Assembly (NCBI GenBank): GCA_963665845.2
Contig: OY762492.1
Span: 128,001-192,000 of the forward strand
Direction: 5' to 3'
Length of the DNA stretch: 64,000 bases
From: Candidatus Poribacteria bacterium
Lineage (GTDB): Bacteria > Poribacteria > WGA-4E > GCA-2687025
The notes under the pieces: model-generated
What the model saw: the letters and a program-made list of their open reading frames with translations, nothing else
What the model was told of the DNA's origin: nothing
Database searches by the model: none
Program-made: the position numbers and the translations under genes
Shown: positions 59,236-64,000 of the stretch, one piece after another
Layout: each line of letters opens with the position of its first letter
How positions within the stretch are numbered: the first letter of the stretch is position 1

Positions 59236-59383
59236 GTTCCCCGCTTCCGCGAGGACATGCATTCCCGCGCCCCTTTCTGTCATCCCGCGCCTTTTTCCGT
59301 CATTCCCGCGCCCCTTTCTGTCATTCCCGCGTAAGCGGGAATCTTAGGCGCCGCAGAAGCCGTCCGCGTTCGCATAAGGTCAG
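59236..59383 (+). repeat. REP cluster: 22-nt insert, three tandem half-REPs, full REP (59320-59343), MITE-like end
   Basis: CATTCCCGCGCCCCTTTCTGT-type unit three times; GCATAAGGTCAG ending 59383. Confidence 0.85.
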
Positions 59384-60306
59384 GCTCCGTTCTGGTCTTG
59401 AACAGCCTGCAGGATTCGCATGGCGGGCATGACCGCTTCGGCGGAGACGCTGGGCGCGCGGCCGCCGCGGACTGCCGCTAAGAACTCGGCGTTCTGCGCC
59501 TCAAGAGCCGACGCGCCGCCCTCAAAGACGACCTGATCGGCGGCGTAAAGCTTGCCGTTCTCATAACGGTAGGTCTCCTCCTCGCCGATAAACAGGTAGT
59601 CATGGAAGGGGCGGCGCGTGTTGTACGACATCGCCGCGCTGACGACCGCCCCCGACGCCGTCTTGAAGCACATGTTGAGATCCAGCGGGATGTTGAGCGG
59701 AGGCGTCGGCGGAGCGAGAACGCCTTTCACATCCACAATCTCCGTTTCGTCAAGCATCCAGACCGCCATGTCGATGATATGCGCTCCGTGGTGCCAGAGC
59801 AGGTTGTCTGTCCAGCTGCGTTTTTGCCCTTTCCAGTTCTCATTTTTTCGGCGGAGGAAGCCCCATTTGCATGCAATCTGTTTGATATGGAAGGAGCCGT
59901 CTTGAACGCGGCGGCGCAACTCCTGCAGGGCGGGAAAGAACCGCTGCGTGTGGCAGATCATGAGCTGTTTGGGGGAAGACGCGGCAAGGCGCGCCGCTTC
60001 CAGCGCATCCTCTAGATTTACGCTGAGCGGTATCTCGCATAGAACATGCTTCTCGGCGCGCAGACAAGCCATCGTCTGCTCGGCATGAATATCGCTTGGC
60101 GAGGCGATGAGGACCGCGTCGGCGGGGCAGTCCAGCGCTTCCTCTAGAGAGACGGTCGCCCGCTCAAAGCCGTGCCGGTCGGCGAATCGGCGCGCCGATT
60201 CCTCCACCCTGCCCATGACAGCGCTGAACTGAACCCCGCCCAGTTTTTTAAACGCCGTCGCATGCTCCTCGGCGATGCCGCCGTAGCCCAAGAATGTCAA
60301 ACGCAT
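59380..60306 (-). CDS. Gfo/Idh/MocA family oxidoreductase
   Basis: ATG 60306 (MRLTFLGYGGIA), HVLCEIP, RSWTDNLLWHHGAHIID. Confidence 0.88.
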   Translation of the reverse strand: MRLTFLGYGGIAEEHATAFKKLGGVQFSAVMGRVEESARRFADRHGFERATVSLEEALDCPADAVLIASPSDIHAEQTMACLRAEKHVLCEIPLSVNLEDALEAARLAASSPKQLMICHTQRFFPALQELRRRVQDGSFHIKQIACKWGFLRRKNENWKGQKRSWTDNLLWHHGAHIIDMAVWMLDETEIVDVKGVLAPPTPPLNIPLDLNMCFKTASGAVVSAAMSYNTRRPFHDYLFIGEEETYRYENGKLYAADQVVFEGGASALEAQNAEFLAAVRGGRAPSVSAEAVMPAMRILQAVQDQNGA

Positions 60307-60358
60307 GGACGCCTCCGCCGTCTGCTTTTCACAAGCGTTGTGAATTTTCTGAAAACGA

Positions 60359-61408
60359 TCACTCGATTTTGACTGACTCGCCTTTTTCCGCCGATTCGTA
60401 AATCGCGTCAAAGATCTTCATCAGCTTCAGGACCTGCTCGCCCGGCACAAGCGACGGGGAGCCTTCCCGCGCCGACTTATGAAACGAGGCGAACTCCTTG
60501 GGCGTCCGCTTCAACGGCTCAAGGTCGTACTCCATCAGCCCCGAATGGTCTTTTTTGTCGGTGAAGATTTTGACAGGCGCGCTCAAGGAGGCTCCCGCCT
60601 TCTCGCCGACGATGAAATCCACCCCGACATTGCCGAGATGCGCCGCCCAGGAGGTCTCCACCGTCACGGTCGCGCCGTTGGCGAATTTCACCTGCCCGAC
60701 CGCAAAATCTTCCACATCAAAATCGTCCTGATTCCACATGCCCCATCCGCCGGTGAACAGCTTTTCGCGCTTGGCGAATTTCTGATAGGTGGAGCCGAAC
60801 GCTTCGACAGGATCGGGGTAACCCATCAGAAACAGCATCAGGTCGAACGAGTGGACGCCGATGTCGATGAGCGGTCCGCCGCCGGAGATCGCTTTTTTGA
60901 CGAAGGTCGGAGCGGCGGGGATGCCGCGCCTGCGCAGCGACATCGTCCGCCCGTAGTAGATCTCGCCGAGCAGCCCCTGCTGAATGCGTCTGGCGAGCGT
61001 CCAGTAGTGCGGGTTGAAGCGCGACTGCAGCCCGATCTGCAGCGTCTTGCCCGATTTGCGCTGCGCTTCGACCATCTTCGCGCCGTCGGCGGCGTTGCCC
61101 GCGAGCGGCTTTTCGCAGAGGACATGCTTGCCGGCGTTCAGCGCGGCGACGGTGGGCGGGGCGTGAAAGTTGTTCGGCGTGCAGACCGAGACGGCGTTCA
61201 GCTCCTCCATTTCGACCATCTTGTTGTAGTCGGTGAAGACATGCTTGATGCCGTTTCTTTCGGCGAAGGCTTTTGCCCGTTTTTCGTCGATGTCGCAGCA
61301 TGCGAACAGCTCCACATTTTTGACGCTTTTGTGTCCTGGGACATGCTTGCCCTGCGCGATTCCGCCTGAGCCGACAAATCCGACGCGCATCTTTTTCGGC
61401 GTTGCCAT
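60359..61408 (-). CDS. Gfo/Idh/MocA family oxidoreductase
   Basis: GSGGIA, HVLCEKP, GGGPLIDIGVH. Confidence 0.93.
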   Translation of the reverse strand: MATPKKMRVGFVGSGGIAQGKHVPGHKSVKNVELFACCDIDEKRAKAFAERNGIKHVFTDYNKMVEMEELNAVSVCTPNNFHAPPTVAALNAGKHVLCEKPLAGNAADGAKMVEAQRKSGKTLQIGLQSRFNPHYWTLARRIQQGLLGEIYYGRTMSLRRRGIPAAPTFVKKAISGGGPLIDIGVHSFDLMLFLMGYPDPVEAFGSTYQKFAKREKLFTGGWGMWNQDDFDVEDFAVGQVKFANGATVTVETSWAAHLGNVGVDFIVGEKAGASLSAPVKIFTDKKDHSGLMEYDLEPLKRTPKEFASFHKSAREGSPSLVPGEQVLKLMKIFDAIYESAEKGESVKIE

Positions 61409-61439
61409 ATCGTACTCCTAAGAGGTTCTTGTTCCGCGC

Positions 61440-61468
61440 ATTGTACAGCGAATGGCGGTTTCGTTCAA
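61440..61468 (-). promoter_or_regulatory. Sigma70-type promoter for the oxidoreductase pair
   Basis: Minus strand TTGAAC, 17 bp, TACAAT. Confidence 0.65.
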
Positions 61469-61531
61469 CGATAGTACGCTCAAACGAAGTTATTGGCGGC
61501 TACGGGGTTTGATCAGAAGATGGGTTTTTAA

Positions 61532-61555
61532 GATTCCCGCTTACGCGGGAATGAC
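61532..61555 (-). repeat. REP hairpin
   Basis: GATTCCCGCTTACGCGGGAATGAC. Confidence 0.9.
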
Positions 61556-61599
61556 GCCTTGGGCGCGGCGGCGCGTTGTATAGTGAACGGAGGTTTCGT

Positions 61600-64000
61600 T
61601 CAACGGGCGCGGGCGCGTTCTTTTGCGCCGCGCAGGCGGGCGAAGAGGGGCGGTTCCTCCACAAACGCTTCCGGCGAAGAATACGGCGCCTGCTCCGCTG
61701 CAGCGCGCTTTCGGGAGGGCAGGCGCAGCTTGCGCAGTATCCATTCAACCGCCATGAGCGTCAGCGCGCCGAGGAGCAGCCAAGTGGACAGGGAACGCGG
61801 CTCTTTGTCCGGCGGAAGAATCCAATCGCCCAGTTTGGAGGCCGTCGTTCCGCCGGTCGCGTCGGACAGCGCCTTGAGCAGGTTCATGTCGGGCGGGATG
61901 AGCGTCTCCGCATTTCCGTCGTAATGGACGCGGCGGAGAATCGTTTGACCGCCCAAGGGGCCGGCGGAAACGGCGTACGCGCCCGCCGGCCCGAGACGGC
62001 CGCGTCCAACAAACCCGTTCCCCTCTCTCTTCATCTCTATCGAGGCGCGCCTGCCGGTCGGGTCGACCGCCTCGGCGGAGAAACGGCTTGGGGTCTCCGC
62101 TTCGTTTGGGAATTCCGCTCTGATTGTCAGGGCGGAGCCGACCGTTTCGATGCTCAGGTCGTACTCCGCTCCCGTTTCTGCGGAGGGCGCCGTCCAGCGC
62201 AGCCATGAGCGCCAGCGGTTCGCATAGCCTTCGGACGCAGCCCAGTCGGTCGTCCATCGGTTTCCGCTGTCCGAGAGGAACGCGAGCGCGCGCCCCAGCC
62301 CGTATCGCCCTCCGACGAGAAGCGGGTCGCCCTCTTGCGCCTTTAAAAAAACGGCGGCGGTAGATTTCGCCTCGGCGGAAACATACCCGTCTATCGTCAG
62401 CTCAAGCGCCTCCGCGAGCGCGGATGGAAACGGGGCGGACGCTTCCGTTTTTTGTTGAATGATCAGTTCGCCAGTCTGCGCCGTCTCTCTGACAAACACA
62501 TCCGGCAGGTCCGAGGCGTCTTTGAGCGGGTAAAACGCTCCTCCGCCGAGACGGGACGCCTCCTCCAATCCGACGCGCGCGTCAGCGCCGACAGCGGCGG
62601 CAGAGACGGTCATGCCCGCCTCAAACATTCGCCGCGCCGTTTCGGACGGATCGGTTGTGGAGTGTCCGTCCGAGAAGATGACTGCATGTTTGCGCGGCGC
62701 GTCCGCCTTTTGCAGCAGATCGTAGGCGGCTTGAAGCCCCGCCGCCAGATCGGTGCCGCCGCCTGGCGAGAGTTCCGTCAGCCGTTCGATTCGCGTTCCG
62801 CGCTTTCCCGCTTCGATGAGCGGAACGGCCGTTTGCGGCTTCGCATCGAAGACGATGACGGCCACCTTGTCTTTCGGGTGAAGGGCGCGCGCCGCCGCTT
62901 CCGCCGCTCTCACGGCGAGCGTCCATTTGGATCGGCGCGCGGCGCTGCCCGACTTGTCAAGCAGGAGAACGAGCGCGAGCGGCTTGCGCTTGTCAGGGGG
63001 AGTCATCATTACGGGAGCCGCTTTCTCCAGCGCCGTTTGCGTCCATTTTCCGGCGCCGAAGCTGTTCGGTCCGCCGACCGCGAGCCATCCTCCCCCGTTT
63101 TCAACCCAAGCGCGAAACGACTCCATCCATTCAAACGAAAGCGATTCGGCGGAAACGTTGTCGAACACGGCGGCGTCGTACTCCTGTAGACGCAGACCTG
63201 ACGAATCCAGCGCGTCGGCTTCTATCTCCCGCCATTCGATGGACGGGTCGGCGACGAGCGCCGACCATGCCGCCGTCCGTTCGGATCCTCCATGTACATA
63301 GAGCGCTTTTAATTTGCCGTCGATCTGAACATAGGCGGCGGAACGCGCCTCCTCTCCGCTTGACAGGCGTATCGTCGCGGCGACATGTTTTTCGCCGCTG
63401 GATTCAGCTGTGAACAAAAAACCGTGCGAAGAATAGCCCGCCTCTAACTGCAGACGGCGGCGCATGACAAGTTTTCCGTCCAGATATGCTGTCAATTCCG
63501 CTTCGCCGCTTGTCTCGCTTTCAACCGCGATTCTCCCTCCGACGGAGCCGACGGGAGCGGACGGCGGGAGGCGCAGCTCGCGGATGCGCAGCGGGGGCGG
63601 CTTTGCGCTGTCGAACGGCGCGGCAAAGACGGAGACGCCCTCCGCTTGTAAACGGGGGATCATCGCGCGCGCGTTTCCATAGGTTTCCGCGCCGTCCGAG
63701 AAGAGCAGGATGCGTCCGCGTTCAGAGGCGCGGAGCGTATCCGCCGCGTAAGCGAGCGCGCCTTCGATGTCGGTTGAGGAGGGATCCAGCGTCCGCGCGT
63801 CGGTTCCCAACGCGGCGCGCTTGGCAAAACGTATAAACCGTACCCGTTTGTCGTTCGACAACCGCTCCATGTCGTTTCGCTGCTGTTCGTTCGGGGCGGC
63901 GCTGTCGGAGGCGTCCATGAGCGCGGCGACGGTCGGGCGTCCGCCGGGGCGCAGGGCGGCAGGTTCGATGAGCGCGGCGCAGATGAGCAGGCAGGCGGAG
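61600..64000 (-). CDS. Membrane-anchored double-VWA protein with GATase1-like domain; N-terminus beyond the window
   Basis: Frame stays open past 63918 (…PTVAALMDASDS); MIDAS-like DASDS/TD/SDG and DKSGS/GGTD/SDG; GGPNSFGAG; C-terminal TM LMAVEW. Confidence 0.85.
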   Translation of the reverse strand, partial: SACLLICAALIEPAALRPGGRPTVAALMDASDSAAPNEQQRNDMERLSNDKRVRFIRFAKRAALGTDARTLDPSSTDIEGALAYAADTLRASERGRILLFSDGAETYGNARAMIPRLQAEGVSVFAAPFDSAKPPPLRIRELRLPPSAPVGSVGGRIAVESETSGEAELTAYLDGKLVMRRRLQLEAGYSSHGFLFTAESSGEKHVAATIRLSSGEEARSAAYVQIDGKLKALYVHGGSERTAAWSALVADPSIEWREIEADALDSSGLRLQEYDAAVFDNVSAESLSFEWMESFRAWVENGGGWLAVGGPNSFGAGKWTQTALEKAAPVMMTPPDKRKPLALVLLLDKSGSAARRSKWTLAVRAAEAAARALHPKDKVAVIVFDAKPQTAVPLIEAGKRGTRIERLTELSPGGGTDLAAGLQAAYDLLQKADAPRKHAVIFSDGHSTTDPSETARRMFEAGMTVSAAAVGADARVGLEEASRLGGGAFYPLKDASDLPDVFVRETAQTGELIIQQKTEASAPFPSALAEALELTIDGYVSAEAKSTAAVFLKAQEGDPLLVGGRYGLGRALAFLSDSGNRWTTDWAASEGYANRWRSWLRWTAPSAETGAEYDLSIETVGSALTIRAEFPNEAETPSRFSAEAVDPTGRRASIEMKREGNGFVGRGRLGPAGAYAVSAGPLGGQTILRRVHYDGNAETLIPPDMNLLKALSDATGGTTASKLGDWILPPDKEPRSLSTWLLLGALTLMAVEWILRKLRLPSRKRAAAEQAPYSSPEAFVEEPPLFARLRGAKERARAR

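Overview
GC-rich bacterial chromosomal window with about 47 plausible CDSs. I recognised no rRNA, tRNA, CRISPR array, integrase or transposase. Gene content (secreted WD40 proteins, one ending in dockerin plus an 'LLPNYPNPFNPETWIPF' C-terminal domain; tandem sulfatases; PhyH; several Gfo/Idh/MocA enzymes) resembles Candidatus Poribacteria, which is an inference. Main items: (1) a three-gene operon (acyl reductase; adenylation-ACP-acyltransferase; HAD phosphatase) resembling a split myxobacterial ElbD ether-lipid system, with altered adenylation motifs; (2) a MITE family with CTGACCTCATGCC-type terminal inverted repeats and 6-bp target duplications, carrying dRS3-like ATTCCC-N8-GGGAAT hairpins, within a dense network of nested REP-like repeats; (3) three DNA methyltransferases, one paired with a DUF262-HNH nuclease and one followed by a possible truncated endonuclease stub; (4) tandem WD40 paralogues that differ mainly in loops; (5) a double-length UvrA; (6) a HEAT-lipoprotein/MacB-permease operon without an ATPase. 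All calls come from reading motifs by eye; no searches were run.
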